DNA from: the human T2T-CHM13v2.0 reference genome, Homo sapiens
DNA length: 64,000 nt
Reading direction: 5' to 3' (one strand)
NCBI RefSeq assembly: GCF_009914755.1
Contig: NC_060925.1
Shown: positions 45,001 through 58,900 of the stretch, in pieces
Numbering within the stretch: the first letter of the stretch is position 1
Layout of the letters: the number at the start of each line of letters is the position of its first letter
Made by a program: the position numbers and the translations under genes
The notes under the pieces: model-generated
Told to the model about the DNA's origin: nothing
What the model saw: only the letters and a program-made list of their open reading frames with translations
The model's database searches: none

Positions 45001-45613
45001 AGAATGGAATCGAATGGATTCATTGAATGGAATCAGATGGAATCATCGAATGGACTGGAATGGAATCATTGAATGGACTCGAAAGGGATCATTATTGAAT
45101 GGAATTGAATGGAATCATCGAATGGTCTCGATTGGAATCATTATCAAATGGAATCGAATGGAATCACCGAATAGAATCGAATGGAACAATCATAGAATGG
45201 ACTCAAATGGAATTATCCTCCAATGGAATCGAATGGAATTATCGAATGCAATCGAATGGAATTATCGAATGCAATCGAATAGAATCATCGAATGGACTCG
45301 AATGGAATCATCGAATGGAATGGAATGGAACAGTCAATGAACTCGAATGGAATCATCATTGAATGGAATCGAATGGAATCATCGAGTGGAATCGAATGGA
45401 ATTATGATCAAATGGAATCGAATGTAATCCTCATCAAATGGAATCAAAAATAACCATCATCAATTGGTATTGAATGGAATTGTCATCAAATGGAATTCAA
45501 AGGAATCATCATCAAATGGAACCGAATGGAATCCTCATTGAATGGAAATGAAAGGGGTCATCATCAAATGGAATCGAATGGAATCATCATCAAATGGAAT
45601 CTAATGGAATCAT

Positions 45614-46921
45614 TGAACAGAATTGAATGGAATCGTCATCGAATGAATTGAATGCAATCATCGAATGGTCTCGAATGGAATCATCTTCTAATGGAAAGGA
45701 ATGGAATCATCGCATAGAATCGAACGGAATTATCATCGAATGGAATCCAATGGTATCAACACCAAACGGAAAAAAACGGAATTATCGAATGGAATCGAAG
45801 AGAATCTTCGAACGGACCCGAATGGAATCATCTAATGGAATGGAATGGAATAATCCATGGACTTGAATGCAATCATCATCGAATGGAATCGAATGGAATC
45901 ATCGAATGGACTCGAATGGAATAATCATTGAACGGAATCGAATGGAATCATCATCGGATGGAAATGAATGGAATCATCATCGAATGGAATCGAATAGAAT
46001 TATGGAATGAAATCCAGTGTGATCATCATCGAATGGACCCGAATGGAATCATCATCCAACGGAAGCTAATGGAATCAACATCGAATGAATCGAATGGAAA
46101 CACCATCGAATTGAAACGAATGGAATTATCATGAAATTGAAATGGATGGACTCATCATCGAATGGATTCGAATGGAATCATCGAATAAAATTGATTGAAA
46201 TCATCATCCAATGGAATCGAATGGTATCATTGAATGGAATCGAATGGAATCATCATCAGATGGAAATGAATGGAATCGTCATAGAATGGAATCGAATGGA
46301 TTCATTGAATGGAATCAGATCGAATCATCAAATGGACTGGAATGGAAACATTGAATGGACTCGAAAGGGATCATTATTGAATGGAATTGAATGGAATCAT
46401 CAAATGGTCTCGATTGGAATCATTACCAAATGGAATCGAATGGAATCACCGAATAGAATCGAATGGAACAATCATCGAATGGACTCAAATGGAATTATCC
46501 TCCAATGGAATCGAATGGAATTATCGAATGCAATCGAATGGAATTATCGAATGCAATCGAATAGAATCATCGAATGGACTCGAATGGAATCATCGAATGG
46601 AATGGAATGGAACAGTCAATGAACTCGAATGGAATCATCATTGAATGGAATCGAATGGAATCATCGAGTGGAATCGAATGGAATTATGATCAAATGGAAT
46701 CGAATGTAATCATCATCAAATGGAATCAAAAATAACCATCATCAATTGGTATTGAATGGAATTGTCATCAAATGGAATTCAAAGGAATCATCATCAAATG
46801 GAACCGAATGGAATCCTCATTGAATGGAAATGAAAGGGGTCATCATCTAATGGAATCGCATGGAATCATCATCAAATGGAATCGAATGGAATCATCATCA
46901 AATGGAATCTAATGGAATCAT
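45614..46921 (+). repeat. Second short 1308-bp unit (A/B hybrid)
   Basis: Spacing 45627 to 46935 = 1308; same private variants as the unit at 40780. Confidence 0.93.
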
Positions 46922-49900
46922 TGAACAGAATTGAATGGAATCGTCATCGAATGAACTGAATGCAATCATCGAATGGTCTCGAATGGAATCATCTTCTAAT
47001 GGAAAGGAATGGAATCATCGCATAGAATCGAATGGAATTATCATCGAATGGAATCGAATGGTATCAACACCAAACGGAAAAAAACGGAATTATCGAATAG
47101 ATTCGAAGAGAATCTTCGAACGGACCCGAATGGAATCATCTAATGGAATGGAATGGAATAATCCATGGACTCGAATGCAATCATCATCGAATGGAATCAA
47201 ATGGAATCATCGAATGGACTCGAATGGAATAATCATTGAACGGAATCGAATGGAATCATCATCGGATGGAAATGAATGGAATCATCATCCAATGGAAATG
47301 AAAGGAGTCATCATCTAATGGAATTGCATGGAATCATCATAAAATGGAATCGAATGGAATCAACATCAAATGGAATCAAATGGAATCATTGAACGGAATT
47401 GAATGGAATCGTCATCGAATGTATTGACTGCAATCATCGAATGGTCTCGAATGGAATCATCTTCAAATGGAATGGAATGGAATCATCGCATAGAATCGAA
47501 TGGAATTATCATCGAATGGAATCGAATGGAATCAACATCAAACGGAAAAAAACGGAATTATCGAATGGAATCGAAGGGAATCATCGAATGGACCCGAATG
47601 GAATCATCTAATGGAATGGAATGGAATAATCCATGGACTCGAATGCAATCATCATCGAATGGAATCGAATGGAATCATCGAATGGACTCGAATGGAATAA
47701 TCATTGAACGGAATCGAATGGAATCATCATCGGATGGAAACGAATGGAATCATCATCGAATGGAATCGAATATAATTATGGAATGAAATCCAGTGTGATC
47801 ATCATCGAATGGACCCGAATGGAATCATCATCCAACGGAAGCTAATGGAATCAACATCGAATGAATCGAATGGAAACACCATCGAATTGAAACGAATGGA
47901 ATTATCATGAAATTGAAATGGATGGACTCATCATCGAATGGATTCGAATGGAATCATCGAATAAAATTGATTGAAATCATCATCCAATGGAATCGAATGG
48001 TATCATTGAATGGAATCGAATGGAATCATCATCAGATGGAAATGAATGGAATCGTCATAGAATGGAATCGAATGGATTCATTGAATGGAATCAGATGGAA
48101 TCATCGAATGGACTGGAATGGAATCATTGAATGGACTCGAAAGGGATCATGATTGAATGGAATTGAATGGAATCATCGAATGGTCTCGATTGGAATCATT
48201 ATCAAATGGAATCGAATGGAATCACCGAATAGAATCGAATGGAACAATCATCGAATGGACTCAAATGGAATTATCCTCCAATGGAATCGAATGGAATTAT
48301 CGAATGCAATCGAATGGAATTATCGAATGCAATCGAATAGAATCATCGAATGGACTCGAATGGAATCATCGAATGGAATGGAATGGAACAGTCAATGAAC
48401 TCGAATGGAATCATCATTGAATGGAATCGAATGGAATCATCGAGTGGAATCGAATGGAATTATGATCAAATGGAATCGAATGTAATCATCATCAAATGGA
48501 ATCAAAAATAACCATCATCAATTGGTATTGAATGGAATTGTCATCAAATGGAATTCAAAGGAATCATCATCAAATGGAACCGAATGGAATCCTCATTGAA
48601 TGGAAATGAAAGGGGTCATCATCTAATGGAATCGCATGGAATCATCATCAAATGGAATCGAATGGAATCATCATCAAATGGAATCTAATGGAATCATTGA
48701 ACAGAATTGAATGGAATGGTCATCGAATGAATTGAATGCAATCATCGAATGGTCTCGAATGGAATCATCTTCTAATGGAAAGGAATGGAATCATCGCATA
48801 GAATCGAATGGAATTATCATCGAATGGAATCGAATGGTATCAACACCAAACGGAAAAAAACGGAATTATCGAATGGAATCGAAGAGAATCTTCGAACGGA
48901 CCCGAATGGAATCATCTAATGGAATGGAATGGAATAATCCATGGACTCGAATGCAATCATCATCGAATGGAATGGAATGGAATCATCGAATGGACTCGAA
49001 TGGAATAATCATTGAACGGAATCGAATGGAATCATCATCGGATGGAAACGAATGGAATCATCATCGAATGGAAATGAAAGGAGTCATCATCTAATGGAAT
49101 TGCATGGAATCATCATAAAATGGAATCGAATGGAATCAACATCAAATGGAATCAAATGGAATCATTGAACGGAATTGAATGGAATCGTCATCGAATGAAT
49201 TGACTGCAATCATCGAATGGTCTCGAATGGAATCATCTTCAAATGGAATGGAATGGAATCATCGCATAGAATCGAATGGAATTATCATCGAATGGAATCG
49301 AATGGAATCAACATCAAACGGAAAAAAACGGAATTATCGAGTGGAATCGAAGAGAATCATCGAATGGACCCGAATGGAATCATCTAATGGAATGGAATGG
49401 AATAATCCATGGACTCGAATGCAATCATCATCGAATGGAATCGAATGGAATCATCGAATGGACTCGAATGGAATAATCATTGAACGGAATCGAATGGAAT
49501 CATCATCGGATGGAAATGAATGGAATCATCATCGAATGGAATCGAATAGAATTATGGAATGAAATCCAGTGTGACCATCATCGAATGGACCCGAATGGAA
49601 TCATCATCCAACGGAAGCTAATGGAATCAACATCGAATGAATCGAATGGAAACACCATCGAATTGAAACGAATGGAATTATTATGAAATTGAAATGGATG
49701 GACTCATCATCGAATGGATTCGAATGGAATCATCGAATAAAATTGATTGAAATCATCATCCAATGGAATCGAATGGTTTCATTGAATGGAATCGAATGGA
49801 ATCATCATCAGATGGAAATGAATGGAATCGTCATAGAATGGAATCGAATGGATTCATTGAATGGAATCAGATGGAATCATCGAATGGACTGGAATGGAAT

Positions 49901-52900
49901 CATTGAATGGACTCGAAAGGGATCATGATTGAATGGAATTGAATGGAATCATCGAATGGTCTCGATTGGAATCATTATCAAATGGAATCGAATGGAATCA
50001 CCGAATAGAATCGAATGGAACAATCATCGAATGGACTCAAATGGAATTATCCTCCAATGGAATCGAATGGAATTATCGAATGCAATCGAATGGAATTATC
50101 GAATGCAATCGAATAGAATCATCGAATGGACTCGAATGGAATCATCGAATGGAATGGAATGGAACAGTCAATGAACTCGAATGGAATCATCATTGAATGG
50201 AATCGAATGGAATCATCGAGTGGAATCGAATGGAATTATGATCAAATGGAATCGAATGTAATCATCATCAAATGGAATCAAAAATAACCATCATCAATTG
50301 GTATTGAATGGAATTGTCATCAAATGGAATTCAAAGGAATCATCATCAAATGGAACCGAATGGAATCCTCATTGAATGGAAATGAAAGGGGTCATCATCT
50401 AATGGAATCGCATGGAATCATCATCAAATGGAATCGAATGGAATCATCATCAAATGGAATCTAATGGAATCATTGAACAGAATTGAATGGAATCGTCATC
50501 GAATGAATTGAATGCAATCATCGAATGGTCTCGAATGGAATCATCTTCTAATGGAAAGGAATGGAATCATCGCATAGAATCGAATGGAATTATCATCGAA
50601 TGGAATCGAATGGTATCAACACCAAACGGAAAAAAACGGAATTATCGAATGGAATCGAAGAGAATCTTCGAACGGACCCGAATGGAATCATCTAATGGAA
50701 TGGAATGGAATAATCCATGGACTCGAATGCAATCATCATCGAATGGAATCGAATGGAATCATCGAATGGACTCGAATGGAATAATCATTGAACGGAATCG
50801 ATTGGAATCATCATCGGATGGAAACGAATGGAATCATCATCGAATGGAAATGAAAGGAGTCATCATCTAATGGAATTGCATGGAATCATCATAAAATGGA
50901 ATCGAATGGAATCAACATCAAATGGAATCAAATGGAATCATTGAACGGAATTGAATGGAATCGTCATCGAATGAATTGACTGCAATCATCCAATGGTCTC
51001 GAATGGAATCATCTTCAAATGGAATGGAATGGAATCATCGCATAGAATCGAATGGAATTATCATCGAATGGAATCGAATGGAATCAACATCCAACGGACA
51101 AAAACGGAATTATCGAATGGAATCGAAGAGAATCATCGAATGGACCCGAATGGAATCATCTAATGGAATGGAATGGAATAATCCATGGACTCGAATGCAA
51201 TCATCATCGAATGGAATCGAATGGAATCATCGAATGGACTCGAATGGAATAATCATTGAACGGAATCGAATGGAATCATCATCGGATGGAAATGAATGGA
51301 ATCATCATCGAATGGAATCGAATAGAATTATGGAATGAAATCCAGTGTGATCATCATCGAATGGACCCGAATGGAATCATCATCCAACGGAAGCTAATGG
51401 AATCAACATCGAATGAATCGAATGGAAACACCATCGAATTGAAACGAATGGAATTATCATGAAATTGAAATGGATGGACTCATCATCGAATGGATTCGAA
51501 TGGAATCATCGAATAAAATTGATTGAAATCATCATCGAATGGAGTCGAATGGTATCATTGAATGGAATCGAATGGAATCATCATCAGATGGAAATGAATG
51601 GAATCGTCATAGAATGGAATCGAATGGATTCATTGAATGGAATCAGATGGAATCATCGAATGGACTGGAATGGAATCATTGAATGGACTCGAAAGGGATC
51701 ATGATTGAATGGAATTGAATGGAATCATCGAATGGTCTCGATTGGAATCATTATCAAATGGAATCGAATGGAATCACCGAATAGAATCGAATGGAACAAT
51801 CATCGAATGGACTCAAATGGAATTATCCTCCAATGGAATCGAATGGAATTATCGAATGCAATCGAATGGAATTATCGAATGCAATCGAATAGAATCATCG
51901 AAAGGACTCGAATGGAATCATCGAATGGAATGGAATGGAACAGTCAATGAACTCGAATGGAATCATCATTGAATGGAATCGAATGGAATCATCGAGTGGA
52001 ATCGAATGGAATTATGATCAAATGGAATCGAATGTAATCATCATCAAATGGAATCAAAATTAACCATCATCAATTGGTATTGAATGGAATTGTCATCAAA
52101 TGGAATTCAAAGGAATCATCATCAAATGGAACCGAATGGAATCCTCATTGAATGGAAATGAAAGGGGTCATCATCTAATGGAATCGCATGGAATCATCAT
52201 CAAATGGAATCGAATGGAATCATCATCAAATGGAATCTAATGGAATCATTGAACAGAATTGAATGGAATCGTCATCGAATGAATTGAATGCAATCATCGA
52301 ATGGTCTCGAATGGAATCATCTTCTAATGGAAAGGAATGGAATCATCGCATAGAATCGAATGGAATTATCATCGAATGGAATCGAATGGTATCAACACCA
52401 AACGGAAAAAAACGGAATTATCGAATGGAATCGAAGAGATTCTTCGAACGGACCCGAATGGAATCATCTAATGGAATGGAATGGAATAATCCATGGACTC
52501 GAATGCAATCATCATCGAATGGAATGGAATGGAATCATCGAATGGACTCGAATGGAATAATCATTGAACGGAATCGAATGGAATCATCATCGGATGGAAA
52601 CGAATGGAATCATCATCGAATGGAAATGAAAGGAGTCATCATCTAATGGAATTGCATGGAATCATCATAAAATGGAATCGAATGGAATCAACATCAAATG
52701 GAATCAAATGGAATCATTGAACGGAATTGAATGGAATCGTCATCGAATGAATTGACTGCAATCATCGAATGGTCTCGAATGGAATCATCTTCAAATGGAA
52801 TGGAATGGAATCATCGCATAGAATCGAATGGAATTATCATCGAATGGAATCGAATGGAATCAACATCCAACGGAAAAAAACGGAATTATCGAATGGAATC

Positions 52901-55900
52901 GAAGAGAATCATCGAATGGACCCGAATGGAATCATCTAATGGAATGGAATGGAATAATCCATGGACTCGAATGCAATCATCATCGAATGGAATCGAATGG
53001 AATCATCGAATGGACTCGAATGGAATAATCATTGAACGGAATCGAATGGAATCATCATCGGATGGAAATGAATGGAATCATCATCGAATGGAATCGAATA
53101 GAATTATGGAATGAAATCCAGTGTGATCATCATCGAATGGACCCGAATGGAATCATCATCCAACGGAAGCTAATGGAATCAACATCGAATGAATCGAATG
53201 GAAACACCATCGAATTGAAACGAATGGAATTATCATGAAATTGAAATGGATGGACTCATCATCGAATGGATTCGAATGGAATCATCGAATAAAATTGATT
53301 GAAATCATCATCGAATGGAATCGAATGGTATCATTGAATGGAATCGAATGGAATCATCATCAGATGGAAATGAATGGAATCGTCATAGAATGGAATCGAA
53401 TGGATTCATTGAATGGAATCAGATGGAATCATCGAATGGACTGGAATGGAATCATTGAATGGACTCGAAAGGGATCATGATTGAATGGAATTGAATGGAA
53501 TCATCGAATGGTCTCAATTGGAATCATTATCAAATGGAATCGAATGGAATCACCGAATAGAATCGAATGGAACAATCATCGAATGGACTCAAATGGAATT
53601 ATCCTCCAATGGAATCGAATGGAATTATCGAATGCAATCGAATGGAATTATCGAATGCAATCGAATAGAATCATCGAATGGACTCGAATGGAATCATCGA
53701 ATGGAATGGAATGGAACAGTCAATGAACTCGAATGGAATCATCATTGAATGGAATCGAATGGAATCATCGAGTGGAATCGAATGGAATTATGATCAAATG
53801 GAATCGAATGTAATCATCATCAAATGGAATCAAAAATAACCATCATCAATTGGTATTGAATGGAATTGTCATCAAATGGAATTCAAAGGAATCATCATCA
53901 AATGGAACCGAATGGAATCCTCATTGAATGGAAATGAAAGGGGTCATCATCTAATGGAATCGCATGGAATCATCATCAAATGGAATCGAATGGAATCATC
54001 ATCAAATGGAATCTAATGGAATCATTGAACAGAATTGAATGGAATCGTCATCGAATGAATTGAATGCAATCATCGAATGGTCTCGAATGGAATCATCTTC
54101 TAATGGAAAGGAATGGAATCATCGCATAGAATCGAATGGAATTATCATCGAATGGAATCGAATGGTATCAAAACCAAACGGAAAAAAACGGAATTATCGA
54201 ATGGAATCGAAGAGAATCTTCGAACGGACCCGAATGGAATCATCTAATGGAATGGAATGGAATAATCCATGGACTCGAATGCAATCATCATCGAATGGAA
54301 TCGAATGGAATCATCGAATGGACTCGAATGGAATAATCATTGAACGGAATCGAATGGAATCATCATCGGATGGAAACGAATGGAATCATCATCGAATGGA
54401 AATGAAAGGAGTCATCATCTAATGGAATTGCATGGAATCATCATAAAATGGAATCGAATGGAATCAACATCAAATGGAATCAAATGTAATCATTGAACGG
54501 AATTGAATGGAATCGTCATCGAATGAATTGACTGCAATCATCCAATGGTCTCGAATGGAATCATCTTCAAATGGAATGGAATGGAATCATCGCATAGAAT
54601 CGAATGGAATTATCATCGAATGGAATCGAAAGGAATCAACATCCAACGGAAAAAAACGGAATTATCGAATGGAATCGAAGAGAATCATCGAATGGACCCG
54701 AATGGAATCATCTAATGGAATGGAATGGAATAATCCATGGACTCGAATGCAATCATCATCGAATGGAATCGAATGGAATCATCGAATGGACTCGAATGGA
54801 ATAATCATTGAACGGAATCGAATGGAATCATCATCGGATGGAAATGAATGGAATCATCATCGAATGGAATCGAATAGAATTATGGAATGAAATCCAGTGT
54901 GATCATCATCGAATGGACCCGAATGGAATCATCATCCAACGGAAGCTAATGGAATCAACATCGAATGAATCGAATGGAAACACCATCGAATTGAAACGAA
55001 TGGAATTATCATGAAATTGAAATGGATGGACTCATCATCGAATGGATTCGAATGGAATCATCGAATAAAATTGATTGAAATCATCATCGAATGGAGTCGA
55101 ATGGTATCATTGAATGGAATCGAATGGAATCATCATCAGATGGAAATGAATGGAATCGTCATAGAATGGAATCGAATGGATTCATTGAATGGAATCAGAT
55201 GGAATCATCGAATGGACTGGAATGGAATCATTGAATGGACTCGAAAGGGATCATGATTGAATGGAATTGAATGGAATCATCGAATGGTCTCGATTGGAAT
55301 CATTATCAAATGGAATCGAATGGAATCACCGAATAGAATCGAATGGAACAATCATCGAATGGACTCAAATGGAATTATCCTCCAATGGAATCGAATGGAA
55401 TTATCGAATGCAATCGAATGGAATTATCGAATGCAATCGAATAGAATCATCGAAAGGACTCGAATGGAATCATCGAATGGAATGGAATGGAACAGTCAAT
55501 GAACTCGAATGGAATCATCATTGAATGGAATCGAATGGAATCATCGAGTGGAATCGAATGGAATTATGATCAAATGGAATCGAATGTAATCATCATCAAA
55601 TGGAATCAAAAATAACCATCATCAATTGGTATTGAATGGAATTGTCATCAAATGGAATTCAAAGGAATCATCATCAAATGGAACCGAATGGAATCCTCAT
55701 TGAATGGAAATGAAAGGGGTCATCATCTAATGGAATCGCATGGAATCATCATCAAATGGAATCGAATGGAATCATCATCAAATGGAATCTAATGGAATCA
55801 TTGAACAGAATTGAATGGAATCGTCATCGAATGAATTGAATGCAATCATCGAATGGTCTCGAATGGAATCATCTTCTAATGGAAAGGAATGGAATCATCG

Positions 55901-58900
55901 CATAGAATCGAATGGAATTATCATCGAATGGAATCGAATGGTATCAACACCAAACGGAAAAAAACGGAATTATCGAATGGAATCGAAGAGATTCTTCGAA
56001 CGGACCCGAATGGAATCATCTAATGGAATGGAATGGAATAATCCATGGACTCGAATGCAATCATCATCGAATGGAATGGAATGGAATCATCGAATGGACT
56101 CGAATGGAATAATCATTGAACGGAATCGAATGGAATCATCATCGGATGGAAACGAATGGAATCATCATCGAATGGAAATGAAAGGAGTCATCATCTAATG
56201 GAATTGCATGGAATCATCATCAAATGGAATCGAATGGAATCAACATCAAATGGAATCAAATGGAATCATTGAACGGAATTGAATGGAATCGTCATCGAAT
56301 GAATTGACTGCAATCATCGAATGGTCTCGAATGGAATCATCTTCAAATGGAATGGAATGGAATCATCGCATAGAATCGAATGGAATTATCATCGAATGGA
56401 ATCGAATGGAATCAACATCAAACGGAAAAAAACGGAATTATCGAATGGAATCGAAGAGAATCATCGAATGGACCCGAATGGAATCATCTAATGGAATGGA
56501 ATGGAATAATCCATGGACTCGAATGCAATCATCATCGAATGGAATCGAATGGAATCATCGAATGGACTCGAATGGAATAATCATTGAACGGAATCGAATG
56601 GAATCATCATCGGATGGAAATGAATGGAATCATCATCGAATGGAATCGAATAGAATTATGGAATGAAATCCAGTGTGATCATCATCGAATGGACCCGAAT
56701 GGAATCATCATCCAACGGAAGCTAATGGAATCAACATCGAATGAATCGAATGGAAACACCATCGAATTGAAACGAATGGAATTATCATGAAATTGAAATG
56801 GATGGACTCATCATCGAATGGATTCGAATGGAATCATCGAATAAAATTGATTGAAATCATCATCCAATGGAATCGAATGGTATCATTGAATGGAATCGAA
56901 TGGAATCATCATCAGATGGAAATGAATGGAATCGTCATAAAATGGAATCGAATGGATTCATTGAATGGAATCAGATGGAATCATCGAATGGACTGGAATG
57001 GAATCATTGAATGGACTCGAAAGGGATCATTATTGAATGGAATTGAATGGAATCATCGAATGGTCTCGATTGGAATCATTATCAAATGGAATCGAATGGA
57101 ATCACCGAATAGAATCGAATGGAACAATCATCGAATGGACTCAAATGGAATTATCCTCAAATGGAATCGAATGGAATTATCGAATGCAATCGGATGGAAT
57201 TATCGAATGCAATCGAATAGAATCATCGAATGGACTCGAATGGAATCATCGAATGGAATGGAATGGAACAGTCAATGAACTCGAATGGAATCATCATTGA
57301 ATGGAATCGAATGGAATCATCGAGTGGAATCGAATGGAATTATGATCAAATGGAATCGAATGTAATCATCATCAAATGGAATCAAAAATAACCATCATCA
57401 ATTGGTATTGAATGGAATTGTCATCAAATGGAATTCAAAGGAATCATCATCAAATGGAACCGAATGGAATCCTCATTGAATGGAAATGAAAGGGGTCATC
57501 ATCTAATGGAATCGCATGGAATCATCATCAAATGGAATCGAATGGAATCATCATCAAATGGAATCTAATGGAATCATTGAACAGAATTGAATGGAATCGT
57601 CATCGAATGAATTGAATGCAATCATCGAATGGTCTCGAATGGAATCATCTTCTAATGGAAAGGAATGGAATCATCGCATAGAATCGAATGGAATTATCAT
57701 CGAATGGAATCGAATGCTATCAACACCAAACGGAAAAAAACGGAATTATCGAATGGAATCGAAGAGAATCTTCGAACGGACCCGAATGGAATCATCTAAT
57801 GGAATGGAATGGAATAATCCATGGACTCGAATGCAATCATCATCGAATGGAATGGAATGGAATCATCGAATGGACTCGAATGGAATAATCATTGAACGGA
57901 ATCGAATGGAATCATCATCGGATGGAAACGAATGGAATCATCATCGAATGGAAATGAAAGGAGTCATCATCTAATGGAATTGCATGGAATCATCATAAAA
58001 TGGAATCGAATGGAATCAACATCAAATGGAATCAAATGGAATCATTGAACGGAATTGAATGGAATCGTCATCGAATGAATTGACTGCAATCATCGAATGG
58101 TCTCGAATGGAATCATCTTCAAATGGAATGGAATGGAATCATCGCATAGAATCGAATGGAATTATCATCGAATGGAATCGAATGGAATCAACATCAAACG
58201 GAAAAAAACGGAATTATCGAATGGAATCGAAGAGAATCATCGAATGGACCCGAATGGAATCATCTAATGGAATGGAATGGAATAATCCATGGACTCGAAT
58301 GCAATCATCATCGAATGGAATCGAATGGAATCATCGAATGGACTCGAATGGAATAATCATTGAACGGAATCGAATGGAATCATCATCGGATGGAAATGAA
58401 TGGAATCATCATCGAATGGAATCGAATAGAATTATGGAATGAAATCCAGTGTGATCATCATCGAATGGACCCGAATGGAATCATCATCCAACGGAAGCTA
58501 ATGGAATCAACATCGAATGAATCGAATGGAAACACCATCGAATTGAAACGAATGGAATTATCATGAAATTGAAATGGATGGACTCATCATCGAATGGATT
58601 CGAATGGAATCATCGAATAAAATTGATTGAAATCATCATCCAATGGAATCGAATGGTATCATTGAATGGAATCGAATGGAATCATCATCAGATGGAAATG
58701 AATGGAATCGTCATAAAATGGAATCGAATGGATTCATTGAATGGAATCAGATGGAATCATCGAATGGACTGGAATGGAATCATTGAATGGACTCGAAAGG
58801 GATCATTATTGAATGGAATTGAATGGAATCATCGAATGGTCTCGATTGGAATCATTATCAAATGGAATCGAATGGAATCACCGAATAGAATCGAATGGAA

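Larger units (their letters stand above)
39030..48697 (+). repeat. Two tandem copies of a 4834-bp three-unit block (1750+1308+1776)
   Basis: 39043/43877, 40793/45627 and 42101/46935 all differ by 4834. The copies share private variants (aatcaaagag, gaatagattc, gtattgactg, tcgaagggaa, cagatcgaa). Confidence 0.92.
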
